A stretch of 64,000 nt of DNA from Geosiphon pyriformis uo1 (GCA_016748015.1 JAAOMT010000419.1:1-64000), one strand, 5' to 3'; shown: positions 1 to 14,073, numbered from the stretch's first letter. Made by a program: numbers and translations. Notes: generated by a model from the sequence alone, not told the origin.

Positions 1-1457
1 AACTAAGAAGTCGATGTTCAAGTCGTTGAGCATTGGAACGAGAGCTAAAGGTCAGTATCTTTTCACATTTTTCAGAGGATGTGAGCACCTACTGTGTTTT
101 GATCAGACATATGCGCACACATTGTGGTAGGAAAATGGTCTGAGATTCGTGCTTATAAGCTTCGCGCTATAAGCTTCGTGCTCGGGAAAGTGGAAAATGC
201 TTAAAGAAATTAGTGAAGGTGGTTCTCCCTATACTATCAGGATAGGGAAGAAGAGTCGTCCAGGTTTTATGTTCACCATGACATGCACATTTTTGTTTCA
301 CAGCAATTGTGCTATACCTCATTCTAATAGTATGGGGAAGAAGAATGTCTGGGTCTTTACTTCTCTGTGGCGTTCACTTTTGCTTTTCTTGGCATGAGAT
401 GTATCCCGTGACTACTGGTCAAGTGGGAGGCAATCCAGACTAGCATATGCTTTCTGTGGTTCGCGCTGTCTCATATTGGCTCAATATTTTATTGATCTTC
501 TTTTGATACCATTCTAGATTCAAAGCTTAAAGCCAAACAACTGTCAGTTAACGAACTTTCTGTTTTTCTTATTTTAAATATTATTCTATCGAATCATTAC
601 TTTAAATCGGTAACTTTTTAAAAATACAATATTAATATAACGCTAGAAACAATCTATTCATGCAATTATTCTTTCGACTATTCCATTTAAATATCAATTT
701 TAAACATGTATCCTACAAATCACCTTTCGATTTACCCCGCCAGTAGCTATTGTAAAATTTCCCCCACTTAAATTCCAGTTCTCAAACAATTCAACCATAT
801 CACTATTATTTCCTTGTTCGATCGGATGAAAGATAACAAGTGTACATGTGTGGCCTCACCAATTACCGCCAGGTCATCATCATCCATTTCAAATTCATCT
901 GATTTTGTTTGTCACCTCGGGAAATCAAATCCATGATCTGATGTAAAATCTGATCCTCGTTATGGACTTTCTTCACCACCTTGGATATTTGGGATACTAT
1001 ACAAGGTTAATGGATGAGGTCTTGTTAAAAAAGTTTGATTAGCTGTTGGTATTGGGCCACGTGGTGATAAGAGTAGTTGGGTGATTCCGAAAGAGGCTCG
1101 TGGTCGTAAAGCTCGATTGCGGCAAAGCCAAAGACCGAAAAATATTAAGCTGATAGCTATAGCCGTAACTAGAACTGAAATAAATACGATTAGCCAGGTT
1201 GGCAATCGTGACTTGGATGATACTTAGTCTTGATTTGATGGTTCTCCAGATATACCGATTTCTTGATTCCGAATATTTGGATCTGCTTCGTCATTTTCTG
1301 CGTTCATATCCAGATTGTTTATTTTTGGCAGCTTGAAATCGTTGGAAGGAATATTAGTTACAATTTTGTGTTCTTGAGTCAAATTACGAAATGTCATATT
1401 GAAAACTTGGAGTGTGTCCAGGGTATTGCCACATGCTGGTGACATATCTTGTAACTG
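1..1457. repeat. Segmental duplication, copy 1 (paralogue of 14702-15549)
   Basis: 1-540 aligns with 14702-15241 and 1137-1457 with 15243-15549, with scattered substitutions. Homology stops at the Tn5 adapter at 1455. Confidence 0.92.
780..1457 (-). pseudogene. 3' fragment of a single-pass membrane protein gene (kelch/galactose-oxidase-like family)
   Basis: ORFs 1224-1469 and 960-1205 share a frame and are split by a TAA where copy 2 has CAA. TM helix WLIVFISVLVTAIAISLIFFGLWL. Further in-frame stops follow downstream. Confidence 0.55.
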
Positions 1458-1473
1458 TCTCTTATACACATCT
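1455..1473 (+). other. Tn5 mosaic end / Nextera adapter (assembly contamination)
   Basis: Exact CTGTCTCTTATACACATCT at the point where homology to copy 2 breaks. Confidence 0.97.
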
Positions 1474-2055
1474 TATAATTAAAGTAATAATTATAAAATA
1501 CAGTTAATTTAAATATAAATACAAACATGAAATTTCCAAAAATTAATTTATCAAAAATAAATCTCCAACTATATATTTATTCCCTATATCTTATTATTTT
1601 TTTTATCTTTCCTAATTAATTTCATCATTATTCTTTATTTAAGTCCATAAGAAGTGACATGTTCTGCAGATATTTTCCTAATTCTTTTGTATTTGCTGCC
1701 AAAACATATATTTTGATTTCTTATTTGTGGAAACTCAATTAAAAATGTAATATTCAAAAAAATATTTGTTTATCCTACTTCTCTAACCGAGAAACTAATT
1801 AAATTCTCTTTTGATTTTATGTTCTATTTTCTACATGAATTTAGTTACTTATATTATTTACCCATTTCGAAAAATTTTTTAATTCTATAAACAATTGGGT
1901 GATGATTAAAAAGTTTAAACCAACTTGAAAAAGCAATCCAAACGAAAATAATAAAGAATTTCATTTCTAATTTCGATTTAGCCTAAAAAAAGGTTGTTTC
2001 TTTGTCCCTCTGTTTGCATGCCTGAAATCTTCATTACTAAGAGCTTTCCACCATC

Positions 2056-2080
2056 AACCAACCAACCAACCAACCAACCA
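2056..2080. repeat. (AACC)n microsatellite
   Basis: About six AACC units, followed by degenerate units to about 2100. Confidence 0.8.
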
Positions 2081-3969
2081 AATTAACCAACGAACCGAAC
2101 AAATTACTATTCAAATAAACTTGGGCTTGGAAAGATTTAGGATCAGATAATCGTTGCCTACACAGATCGGTTATTTTAACAACCAGTTTCGGATATGATC
2201 ACTTTATCATAATAAATAGTTTAAAAATTATTGATAGCCATGCGGCTGTCATTTTATCAGACAGGTAGGAGTGAATCTTAAAGTCTGTATTCCCAGCTTA
2301 TATTATTTCCTTTGACAAAAACCAATAACATCATATGCAATGATTTTATTATCTTATACACATCAACTAAGAAAAAAAGGGCTAAGAGCATCAGTACAAG
2401 CTGAAAATAGTATGATTATAGTTGGGACGAGCATAATTGTCCTATATAGTAAGTCATAAGTTTTTGACTTGAGAATTTTGAATCTTTCTATTTAATTCTT
2501 TAATTTGGTAATTTCTCTAATACGAATCCTCCAAATTTTTTTTAAATCAACCTATTTATTAGAAGAATAATTTACAAGTCCAACCCTATAGCACCCGACA
2601 CCAAAAAACTAAAATTAATATGGCCCAATTACAATTTCTTTCTTTAGAAAACCCAACTTCATAAAACTCATTTTTTTGAGATGGGAGCACCAAAATCGTA
2701 GCTTAATTTGGTGCTTTTGATTATGTTTAATTTTGAGTAATTATTCGAGCTAAAAAATGTGAGTTCATGAAAAAATAGGGATAATTACCAATAGGTTTAA
2801 GTAAAATAAAATAGAATTTCATAGTTGATTTGATTTCTAAAAAATAAATTAATTGATTTTTAAAAACAATTTCACATTAAATGGTTAATACATCTAAATA
2901 TTTTAAGCATGTAATGAAATTAAGAATAAATATTAAATTGATTTAGTAATTGTCAGAAATATTGATTTTTTGATTGAAAAGAATATGTGCGAAATTGAAA
3001 ATTTTCTGAATATAAATTTAATATACAAAGATAGCATACTATACATGAAAAATATTTTTAATTGAAAGCATTATATTTTTCATTCTTCTCTAATATCTTC
3101 TTTAGTAAGCAAAAACAAATTGAAGTTTACTAACTATACTTCTAAAATAGCAAATTGAAAATTTTATGCACAGCTAATTATCTCTCAGAAACTGAAGGCT
3201 CTTATTCATCAACTTTTGATTCTAAAAAAGAGTATAGTGCCTTTTTGTTTTTGATTTTTAGTATCACCATTAAGAACAATATAAATTTCAATAGAAAATC
3301 AAATTTAAAAAAAATTTTACATATATTTGCTATTTTGATATAATTTAAAATATTCACCAGCTGTTTGTACTTAGTTCGCTACTTTTTGAACTCTTTCAAC
3401 AAAACCCTTGTTTTTTTCAATTTAGCTTGATATTTTCTTCTAGAATGCCCAATTTCGAGTAATATTTTGTAAAATCTTGAGAAAAAGAGTGGTAAACTAT
3501 AAATTCGTGTTTTTGAAAATGTTCTTGAATTTAATGAAATATAAATTTCAAAAATTAAAAACTATTTTCCCTAATCTTACTTATAAATATAATTTTCGAA
3601 CTATTGAAATTAGGTAGAAGATCCCAAAAAATGAATTTCAAAAAATAGAATTGTATTAATTTATGTTGAAACTATTTTTGCAAAATATTTCAAAATCCTT
3701 TTCAACTGATATTTTCATTGATATTTGGCACACAAATTTTTGTATTAATAATATATTTACAGGAAAAATAAGAATTATTTGTTTGATTGTATATATTAAG
3801 TAAATATACTTTTATATAATTGTTTATTGTGTAATTTATTAAAAAAAACATTGTATTTTGCACTTTCGTTAACATTGTTACAGAAACCACGTTTTTCAAA
3901 AATGCGTTGCTCACAAATTTACAAAATACATTAAAATAACAGCATTTAAAAATTAAAATACTCAAAACT

Positions 3970-5535
3970 CTATAAATACCCATTCAAACTTACTAAATAA
4001 ATCCAATTACATATTCGTCTTCCAACTGAAAATGTATAATGATCTCGATTTTGATAGGAACCTTTCGCTGAAATGGCAAACCGTTCTTTTGAGTCCATAA
4101 ATCGATCTGGATTGAAAATATTGGGGTTTTCATATCGATTCTTATCCGAGTTCAACGCATAAATATTGGACCTAGAAAAAACAGAGGTATTATTCATTAT
4201 TTTTGAAAATCACAAAGTTAAGCAATATTAAAAAAATATTTCAGAACTGGAGGAGCCAAACGAAGAGTTTCTTTAATGAGCGATTGGATATATAGAAGGG
4301 AACTAAAGTCGGATGTGGTTGGCAAACATTTATGTCCAACTACTCTCTCTAATTCCTCATGAGCTTTTTGTTGAAACTCTGGATTATTGGCTAACTGTGC
4401 AATAAGCCAATATATATTAGATGCCACAGTTTCCTATTTTTTATAAAAAATAATGGTTAAAGCTCAGTGGTTTTTACAAAAAGCAATTAGGTTAATATAA
4501 GATGTAACTTAAAATGTACTGTTCCTGCAAATAAAAAGGTTTCACATAGATTAACCACATCCATTTAATCGATTAAGCCCTTATCTGTCTCTTTAAAAGT
4601 CTCGAGCAACACATGGTTTCTTTTTTGGATCATTCTCTACCCTTTTCAACAGGTCTCGCGTTACTATGTTCCACTCTTTTTGAAATTTAAGAACTTTTGG
4701 AAATCTCGTTTCAGAAGGGAGGAAATGAGAATAAAATTAGGTACCGATTTGCAATTATATTTCTAAATTTCCCAAGTCCAATAATTTTTCTAAAGAATTG
4801 CTGCAACTTTTTATAAAGGGGCTCTTCAAAAATTTTTCAATTTAATTGCAAAAAGAACATTTATGATAATATTTAATGATGTGAAACGGAGGTAATTTAA
4901 AGGATCGATTCCTTCTGGTTTATTAGCATCTTTTGAAATCCTCAAAACTAGGTCATGGGTGCATTCTGCTATAAGACCAGAGTAAGATTCGACTTTGCAT
5001 TGATTTAAGAAACCGTGTACTTTTGAAAGTAAAGATTAAATAGGTCTCAGAAAAATATTATGAAAAATAAATGCCAAGGTTCATTTCCTGACCTAACGGT
5101 GACATTTTTTTATACCATTCATTATAAGGTGAAAACCCAAAACTTTTGTTGCGTCCTCGAAGGGCAATTAAATATTCCTGTGTACGCGAAAAATAAATTG
5201 CACCTCCTATAATCAATAAAATAATTAATATCGAAACAGTTGTAAACTCTTGGATGAAAAAAAGAATATTCACGTTTTAGAGATAAATATGAATATTCCG
5301 AAAACCTGTGAACAATTGATGTATATTAATCGATTCTACATCTAATTCTAATAAATAGGAAATTAAAAATGATGCAAACTTTTTATGGATATCCTTTACC
5401 AGCGAAAAAATGTGTCCTACATAAATTTAAATAAAGTCAAAAAATTTGACGCTCTATAAAGAAAAAATAAAAAAAACGGAATCCCGCCTGGTGGTACAGG
5501 CAACTGCTTTCCATCATAGGTTTTTGCTTTCAAAA
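3970..5535 (-). pseudogene. Cytochrome P450 pseudogene (multi-exon)
   Basis: Proline hinge LPVPPGG (~5490), GAIYFSR, I-helix FLFAGT/ET, K-helix IKETLR (ExxR), PERF-like FNPDRF, and heme motif FSVGRRICNW (conserved G replaced by W). It has an in-frame stop near 4567 and frameshifts. The N-terminal anchor and last exon were not found. Confidence 0.88.
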
Positions 5536-5539
5536 ATTC

Positions 5540-7400
5540 GATTTTTTTTATATAACAGTTCTCCTTGTTAATTTATTTTTTCTTTTTCTCGTACTAACTT
5601 TGATTTTGTTGGATTTTTGCCTTCTCCTTGCCAAAACCTTTTAAAAAAGAACTTAATATAGTTTTTACAAAATTTCTTCTTGCATCTTACCTTTTCATTT
5701 CTCCGGCATCAACACACATTGACGTGGTAATTTTTTCAAGATTAGAGTGTAGAGATTTGGTGTATCTTTCCCGATAATGTAGTATCATAACCTTTTTAAA
5801 ATTACTCGCTAATAATATATTTGTTTTCATAGGACAATTAATATGCTTATAATCTGGCCAAGTATCTAGAGTATTATGGTATTAATATGAAATATAAGTT
5901 ATTAAATCAAATTATTTTTTACTAACCGATCCATTGGCTGAACCAATGTAATCGAAAATAAGTTATAATAGCTTTCGCCATAGCTAAATTTCTAATCCCA
6001 ATAGCAGCTTGAAATTTTTGCAAGTCTAAGAGAATAAGTTTCCATTGATCGAGTTCTTCTTGATCTCGAGATCGTTTGACAAATCAAAATTGGCAAAATG
6101 TCCAATCCTTAAGCCATTGATCATTCAAGTTTTTGCAAACCATTCTGATAATATTATAAGATTAAAATATAAAACCCAATAAATCTTTAAAAGCTCACCT
6201 TCATGCCAATCCCACAAGACTACTTGAGTTTTTGGAAAATGTTTCTTGACTGCTACTAAAAAAGAATCCCATTTATCCATAGCTAACCACTTGGAATTTG
6301 ATTGAATATTGCTCTTACGACTATATTCAATAAAATTTCAATAGAAAAAATTATTATACAATTTATAAATTGAAAATTTCAATCGAAAAAAAACTATTAT
6401 ACAACTTACCTGCTCAAACATTAAATCAATAACTGGTATTGTTTCTTTATCACCTATAAATGTTGCTAAAACTCGACCATGTGCTTCATCTGATCTAACC
6501 ATAAAGACAGTATTGGAGAAGTTTAAGCTGTTGGGACGGCTAGTAGAATCTAGAGACAAAAATTTGTATATTTGTATATTAGTTTCGACATGACTGTAGA
6601 TGCAACACTAAGAAGTACAGCTTGATTCTTAAAATTCTGAGCATCCTTAATTCCATATTGTTTTGATATGACGACGCCTTCAGCCTCATAAGTATCCATT
6701 AGGGAATGAATCTGTTAATAAAGTGAATTAACATGATAATATATAGAAAAGTGAATGTGACCAATATCTTACTTTTTCAAATTCTAACACACTTGGATAA
6801 CTTAACTTTTTGTCGTACTTGAAAGCATTTTGAATTGTCTCAAGATAGGTGCAAATCGAGCAGAAATTGGTTGAACTTGATTTGCAAATCTATTACTTTT
6901 GCTCAAAATCTTCGCATTATTTATTAATTCTAAAAATAATTAATATTAATAAAATTCAATTACTTTTTCGAATATATACTTAAACTTATTAGTTGCAATT
7001 ATTGAAGGTGATGCATTTGTAGTTTTATTTGAGATGGTTTTTCTAATTAAATTGGTCATTCGGTGTGGTTTTTTTCGGATGTGATCAGGATCATGATTTC
7101 CATAGCACTCAATATTGCATAGATTGAGTGGCTTGTCATGAGGAACTACAATATGACCTTTCCAATTATATATTGTTTTATGACACCCATTCTATAAATA
7201 AAGATAAAATTAATACTTTTTAATTTTGATTAGAAATTATTCTTTATTTTATACCCTATTGGAACATCTAAGATATTCTATGCAAAAATGACTAATTTCT
7301 GGATATTCATCAACTGGCAAACTTCTTCTCAACGTCGCTGAAATCAAAGTATGGCTCGAAGAAACGCATCCAGGCTTTGAAGTCGGTGAATAAACCATTA
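5540..7400 (-). mobile_element. Degenerate intron-containing Mutator/MULE transposase
   Basis: Spliced N-terminal Zn finger YLRCSNR|NGCHK...GNHDPDH. First Asp in LDSTSRPNSLNF..VFMVR, second Asp in WLAMDKWDSFLVAVKKHFPKTQVVLWDWH (CxxH degenerate), and TNILLAS at the Glu position. GT-AG introns are visible. No TIRs were found. Confidence 0.75.
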
Positions 7401-7404
7401 AGGA

Positions 7405-7690
7405 CGAGCCTTCAAGGTTGCCTTTCTGCCTAAGCATGTCCTTCTTCTCACCCAAAGTGCCAAAGAGAACCGGTTGCAGATGTCCCGAAAACTGTTTTTT
7501 GCTTGAACAATCTATCGCACTAACGGTAAAATATCCCTTCAAGCTGCATCTTTGGGCGGGAATCAGTGAATATGGGAAGATTAGTTTCTACATATTCACA
7601 AACAATTTAAATCATGAAATATTAAATAACTACCTTTATGATAATACAACCAGAAAACAAGGCATCAATCAGTATATCAGGTGATCTTCA
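7405..7690 (+). mobile_element. Tc1/mariner transposase fragment
   Basis: LPKHVLLLTQSAKENRLQ (the PLLTxxxKxxRL motif) and TVKYPFKLHLWAGISEYGKISFYIFTNNLN (the TVKHPxKxxxW motif of DDE_3 transposases). Internally deleted. Confidence 0.7.
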
Positions 7691-7798
7691 AATAAGACTT
7701 TCACGTCGTGTTTTGATTAATATTGCTGCTACTATTTACATTATTCAGTCTAGTATATTAATTTTTTTAATGACTAATCCTGCTGCGACCATTTATAT

Positions 7799-7817
7799 CT
7801 GTCTCTTATACACATCT
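7799..7817 (+). other. Tn5 mosaic end / Nextera adapter (assembly contamination)
   Basis: Exact CTGTCTCTTATACACATCT. The ~70 bp before it resemble 14430-14510. Confidence 0.97.
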
Positions 7818-7935
7818 TTTTAGTTGTATTATTTTTAAATTTTAAAAATATATATATATTATTATTATTATTATTATTATTTAATTATTTTATTATAATT
7901 TGTTACCACTTTTTTAAAAATATATATATATATAT

Positions 7936-9447
7936 TTTTAAAAAAATTCAATTAATACCAGAAAATTTATTTTTGTTTGATAATTATTAATTGTTTCAAA
8001 AAATATTTAATTTTAGATATAATATAGAACTTGTTTAATGGATTAAAATGAATAAAAAAATTATTATTTTGTATTATTTTATGTTAAGTAATTGTAAAAT
8101 AATATATATTTAGTTAGAATTTTTTTAATTTAATAATTAATATTATTTATTTCAAAATAGTTTTTAAAATTAAGGAATCACAAAAATATAAAAAAATATT
8201 TGGATGGCTAATCACACGTAGTTTGTTGCGTGATTCATGATAATTGCATTGTAAGAAAATGCTTGGTGGTTGGATTACACCGAGTATGCAAAAAAATATA
8301 CATTTTTTAATCCAATCTAAAAAAAGCTAAAAACAGCCAATATTTAAATTCAATATGAACAAATATAAATATTAAAAGTATTAAAAATTTAATAAAACAG
8401 CTTTTTAATAATATAAAAAGTTTTATTTATATATTTAACAAAAATATTAACAATTAAATCAACGATCAAGATAATATTTAAATTAATAGTTAATTTTAAA
8501 AATTAAATAATATAATAGAATCAATACATAAATAAACATAATAAATATTATAAATTTTTTACTTTATCTTTTTGACCAGTAATTAAAATTAATTATTCTA
8601 AATTATCAAATTCATAATTTTTNNNNNNNNNNNNNNNNNNNNATTATATAATAACATTATTATTTAATTTGGAATCAAGTTTCAAAAATTTTATTTAATA
8701 TTCAAATAGCGAATACATTGAATTATTTTAAAATTAATTAAATAAATATATTTTTCAGATTTAGCCAGATATGCTTCAGTCGTGTTAAATGTATAGTGTA
8801 GCCTTGGTCTGCTGAATGGCTGGTAACATGTAGAAAGTGCATGAGCCACATTTACTTAGAACAGATAGTGATTGGACTTCACTCGTTAAATAAATAAATA
8901 AATAAAATTTATTTATTTATTTAAAAAAAATTCAATTAATACCAGAAAATTTATTTTTGTTTGATAATTATTAATTGTTTCAAAAAATATTTAATTTTAA
9001 ATATAATATAGAACTTGTTTAATGGATTAAAATGAATAAAAAAAATTATTTTGTATTATTTATTTCAAAATAGTTTTTAAAATTAATGAATCACAAATAT
9101 ATATAAAAATATTTGGATGGCTAATCACACGTAGTTTGTTGCGTGATTCATAATAATTGCATTATAAGAAAATACTTGGTGATTGGATTACACCGAGTAT
9201 GCAAAAAAATATACATTTTTTAATCCAATCTAAAAAAAACTAAAAAACAGCCAATATTTAAATTCAATATGAACAAATATAAATATAATAATAATATAAT
9301 TAAAAATTTATTAAAAGTATTAAAAATTTAATAAAAACAGCTTTTTAATAATATAAAAAGTTTTATTTATATAATTAACTAAAATTTTAACAATTAAATC
9401 AACGATCAAGATAATATTTAAATTAATAGTTAATTTTAAAAATTAAA
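7936..9447. repeat. AT-rich direct duplication: ~7936-8507 and ~8920-9447
   Basis: The copies align with substitutions and small indels. Each is followed by a 20-N gap (8623-8642, 9448-9467). Confidence 0.8.
8757..8906 (+). mobile_element. 5'-truncated LINE 3' end with (TAAA)n tail
   Basis: CTGAATGGCTGG...TGGACTTCACTCGTTAAA(TAAA)n matches the 3' UTRs of the LINEs ending at ~29230, ~46340 and ~55320. Confidence 0.85.
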
Positions 9448-11178
9448 NNNNNNNNNNNNNNNNNNNNAATAATTTAATGTATTTAGCTGATTCAAAAACA
9501 TTAATTTGTTAATATTTATAAAAATATACCCAAATTTTTTCGATTCCTTATTTAGTTATTTACTAAATAAATTTTCCAAATTTTAAATTAGTATAATATT
9601 TTAATTATAAAAAGTGCAAATATTATTGATTGCCCAAAAGATGATTGTTGGAGATTAATTGTTTCTTGCATTCTTTAAAACTTTATAACCTACTCTAAGC
9701 ATATTAGAAATAAAAGTAATTAATATTTTATTAGTTAAATGACTTGTATATCCAAACTTTCATGTATTCAATCTTTTAACAATAAAAAAAAGTTCAAATT
9801 ATTATTACTTTTATTACTAAAAAAATTAAATTTTATAGGAAAATTTAGAGATTGTTCAAAAAATGGATTTTGTATAAGAATAAAGTTATTTTGTTTACCT
9901 ACTAGATTATTTTATAAACTGAAAAATTTATCTAAATGAAAAAAAGGAAAATAAAAATTTTCCTTCTATTTTAATTATTTTCATTATTAAGCCTTATATT
10001 TTGAAAATAATAAATTTGACTATAAAATCTTGAATAAGGTTAAAAACTATTTTAAATAAAAGAAAAAATATTCACCTACCTCATTAAATTCAACTAACTT
10101 TAAGGATTATAGTCAAATGTGTTAAAACAACTGTAAAGGATTCTTAAATCTATATAATTAAGTTTTTCTGTTGGATAAATAAAAAATATATTTATTTTAT
10201 AACAACTTAAATATTTGTTTTCGGCTGTTGAATGGTTTGAAAACTCTATTCGTTATAGACAGATAAATATTTTGAATACAATAAATTGCATAGCAAAAAG
10301 CTCAAACGAGTCACACAAGATGATAAAATAGAAATAGAAGAATTCATAAAATGAAAAATATTTATATGATTAGCAAAAAGTAAGAATTGCTATATTTTTT
10401 ATGCTAAAAAATTTCTAAAAACTTTTACTGAATTCCTGCAAGATATTGATTTTTTTCCAAATATTCTAAGATTTTATTGTCTTGGTAAAACTATTAAAGG
10501 CATTTATTCTCAAGGCTTTATGATGAAATTATTTTATCAAATCCTAACTTATTTTATGAATATGGTTTAGATGATACTTTAACTTTTTTTAAGAAGTATT
10601 TATCATTCATTTGAATTAATATCTATTTTTGAAACTTGCTATAACTTAATTTTTTAACTTTTTTATAAATTACTTTAGTTTGTCATTGTTATCAATAATA
10701 GAAGATAATTTTTGCATATTAAACTATATTCACCTAGCATAGTATAATTAATTTAAAAACAATTAAATTTTGAAAAGGCTGAATTTAATAAACCGTGAAA
10801 ATAAAAAAAAACTAATTTCTCAGATATGGTTAAAATCCAAAACGCTTTCTTAAACATATGAAAAATAATTTTTATTCCGCTAAAATAATAATTTGGGTGG
10901 TTTAAAAAAATATAAATAATTAATAAAATTTCTGTTATCTTTGAAATTTATGACAAAGCCCTTTTACTCAATGACAAACAAATTAAAATAGTTCAACAAT
11001 TATAGATATAAATAAGGATATTTTAATTTAATTGTTAATAAATGAAAATGCCATAATAGCAGGCTAGAAAAATAATTTCACCAACTATTTTTCTAAATTC
11101 TCCCTATTTACCTTGTAAATTTTCATTTTGCTATTAAAGTTATTCTCAAATAAGAATATCAAGGAATTCAAATATGCA

Positions 11179-11504
11179 NNNNNNNNNNNNNNNNNNNNNN
11201 NNNNNNNNNNNNNNNNNNNNNNNNNNNNNNNNNNNNNNNNNNNNNNNNNNNNNNNNNNNNNNNNNNNNNNNNNNNNNNNNNNNNNNNNNNNNNNNNNNNN
11301 NNNNNNNNNNNNNNNNNNNNNNNNNNNNNNNNNNNNNNNNNNNNNNNNNNNNNNNNNNNNNNNNNNNNNNNNNNNNNNNNNNNNNNNNNNNNNNNNNNNN
11401 NNNNNNNNNNNNNNNNNNNNNNNNNNNNNNNNNNNNNNNNNNNNNNNNNNNNNNNNNNNNNNNNNNNNNNNNNNNNNNNNNNNNNNNNNNNNNNNNNNNN
11501 NNNN
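11179..11504. other. Scaffold gap (326 N)
   Basis: Run of N; ORFs spanning it are artefacts. Confidence 1.
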
Positions 11505-12099
11505 TCTAAAGGGCATATAGAAACATATATACAATATAGCATGCATCGGTAATGAAATAACGAGATTAAAAAAAAAGAGGCTAAAACTCTGTAATGTAGA
11601 GAATTAAATAAATATTCTCAACATAAAACGATTCTAATTGGGAGCTTTTTTGGCAACTCCAAAGAATAAAGCAGTGTAGTCTCAATTAACTTTAAAATAT
11701 TTATTTGTTAAAAGCTGGATGTAGGTGCACATTATCCATGAAATATACTAAGCTTGATAGACTAGCCAGAGTTTTCTTACTCAGTTTGATTCTGAGGCCT
11801 GGCCAAAATTTTATATTTTCATTTTGCGATTGCTGCACCTTTACCATCCAAATAATATTTGGAAAGAAAGAATCGCTCTAATATGATATGGTAAAAAACA
11901 ATAATAATCAATTTACTTTTCCTTTTTAAACTATTAATTTTGTTTATTAAAAACATGTGTATATTATTGTAAATTAAATATATATGTTTCTTTGAACAGC
12001 ATTATTTTTTTAGCAATAACTTTTCTTTTTAACATAGGACTGGCAGTATAAATCACAATCAATAAGATTAACATGAAAGTTAGTATGTTGTATAGTTTT

Positions 12100-13759
12100 G
12101 GCAATTTGCAAAGCCCATTGTCTTATTCACTAGGAATCAATAATCGGGAATCATCATTGTCATCGTTGGGAATCATTGTGCCATCAATCCTGTGTTCTTA
12201 GTCCTGTTTTAACTGCCTCTGTTATGTCTACACTTCCACACCCTAAAAACAACTCCTCTACCAAATCCTATAATGCACTTGTTAGTAATCATCATTATCA
12301 CTATTGGGAATCTGGAATAGAGAATCATCATTTTTGTCATGCCATCAATTTAGCTCAGGATTTGAATATTTTACTTTCTTTGGTTCAGGAGTAAATTCAA
12401 ATCTGATGCAAGATTTGATGGCTTTTTTGGGGAGATAAGACAAGACAGCTAGCAAATTCATATTTTGTCTGGCTCTTTCTCTGCTAAGCAATGCTTTAAG
12501 AGTTATTCTATCTTGATATACAAATGTTTTCAAGTACACCATTAACTTGAATGCATTTATGATATCAACCTCTTGATTTCCAATGTGAAATTTGAAAATG
12601 GCATTTTGAGCATAATATATATAAAGTAAAGTCTTATCTGCTTCATTGTAAAATGCTTTTATCAAATCCAACTAAATAGTAGTCCCATTTACGAGATCAA
12701 CATACAAACAAATTCTATTTACTTCTGTTTCTGTCATATAAGTAGCAGTAGCAAGAAACTTATTATATTCAAATATAGTTTCTGCTACAACAACCATTTT
12801 ATCTTTATGTATTGTGAATTCATTTGCCTCAAATTCAGCAATAAAAAAAGGAAATTGCTCCAAATTTTTGAAGATAACAGCTGCAAAATCAGATCTTGCA
12901 GAATCTTTTCCACTATTACCAGGAATTTGGTGCTGATATTTCCAGTTTATGTTAATACCTTTTGAACCTATCAGGAAGGTATCTTGGTCCAGAGTTGTGT
13001 CTTAATAGAATTTTCTGAAGGCATACTTCCTGGACTTCTGCTAAAGATCAGTAAACAAAGCAAGACAGAATTGATTGCAAAAAAGGCTATCCCTACATCG
13101 ATGACACAATGTTCTTTTGTGTCAAAGGAACTTGGCACATGTTTTTCACAATGTTTTTTGCAATTATATCACCCATAATTGCAGCTGCATGTTGAATCTG
13201 CTCATTGGAACTATCTTTGAGAACAAGCTCCAATAAGAGTATGTTAATAAATGGTGTGGGCAAAGACATGCAAGTGGATTAAAAGCCTATAAAGAGAGAC
13301 CAGTCTACAACAGACCAAATAAGCATTATGAATAAATGCCTATCCCTTTGTGATTGCTCATCATTGTAGTGATTCCTCATCTCCTTAAGGATTCTTCTGT
13401 AGAACAGAAGTGTAGCAGCAACAAGTGACATAAATAATAGGATTTCATGTAATAGGTCATTAGGAGCTGTTTGTGGACTGTTAGAGAAGAAAGTTGGGGG
13501 TTTTTCGATTGACAATTAGTTTTTTTGAAGTTTCAATGCATCTCGCATAAAAACTACTGCTTTAATTGGCCTTAAAAGTGGCTTTAAATTCTGAACTCAA
13601 AATTTAAAGACTAATGTGACATCTCTATTGTCATATTTTTATGTTGCTGCAAATAGTAAGTGTCCCAGTTGTCAATGTGCTCTCACTTGTGCACCATATG
13701 CTCCCAATAATCATGGTGAGCAACTTTAAAGTTGTTTCCGATAATCCACCTCTTGGCAT
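12100..13759 (-). pseudogene. Degenerate gene with PD-(D/E)xK nuclease-like motif
   Basis: Fragmented frames run from MPRGGL...HIDNWDTY through GKDSARSDFAAVIFKNLEQFPFFIAEFEA (D...E-x-E, 12830-12920). Many TAA/TAG stops and frameshifts. Confidence 0.45.
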
Positions 13760-14073
13760 TTTTGTATGATAGTTTTTTTTGTCATAGAAATGAGTCATGT
13801 TAAGAAAATTTAAAAAACAAAAATTTATTTTTGTGATTTAAATAATCGTTTATAAGTGTAAGTGTCCCAGTTGTCGATATGCCCCCACTTGCTCATGGCA
13901 TACTCCTAATAATCGCGGTGGATAACTTTAACTAAAGTTGCTTCTGGTAATCCACCTCTTGGCATGTTTGTATTGGTGATAAAAAAATGTTTTTTTTTGT
14001 CAAGAAAATGGATTTGGTTAAGAAAGTTTAAAAAACAAAAATTTACTTTTGCGATTTAAATAATTGTTTATAA
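13656..14073. repeat. Tandem ~200-bp duplication of the promoter/start of the PD-(D/E)xK-like gene
   Basis: Units 13656-13857 and 13858-14073. Both contain ATG CCA AGA GGT GGA TTA on the minus strand (ATG at 13759 and 13965). Confidence 0.85.

Noticed and set aside
2352-2364. Third adapter remnant TCTTATACACATC
   Set aside because: Only 13 of 19 nt match and no homology break is visible; it cannot be distinguished from chance.
1455-7817. Genuine Tn5-like bacterial transposon or horizontal transfer
   Set aside because: The ends are the engineered mosaic end, in direct orientation, with no transposase; this is library adapter.
11085-11546. ORFs spanning the N gap
   Set aside because: Artefacts of undetermined bases.
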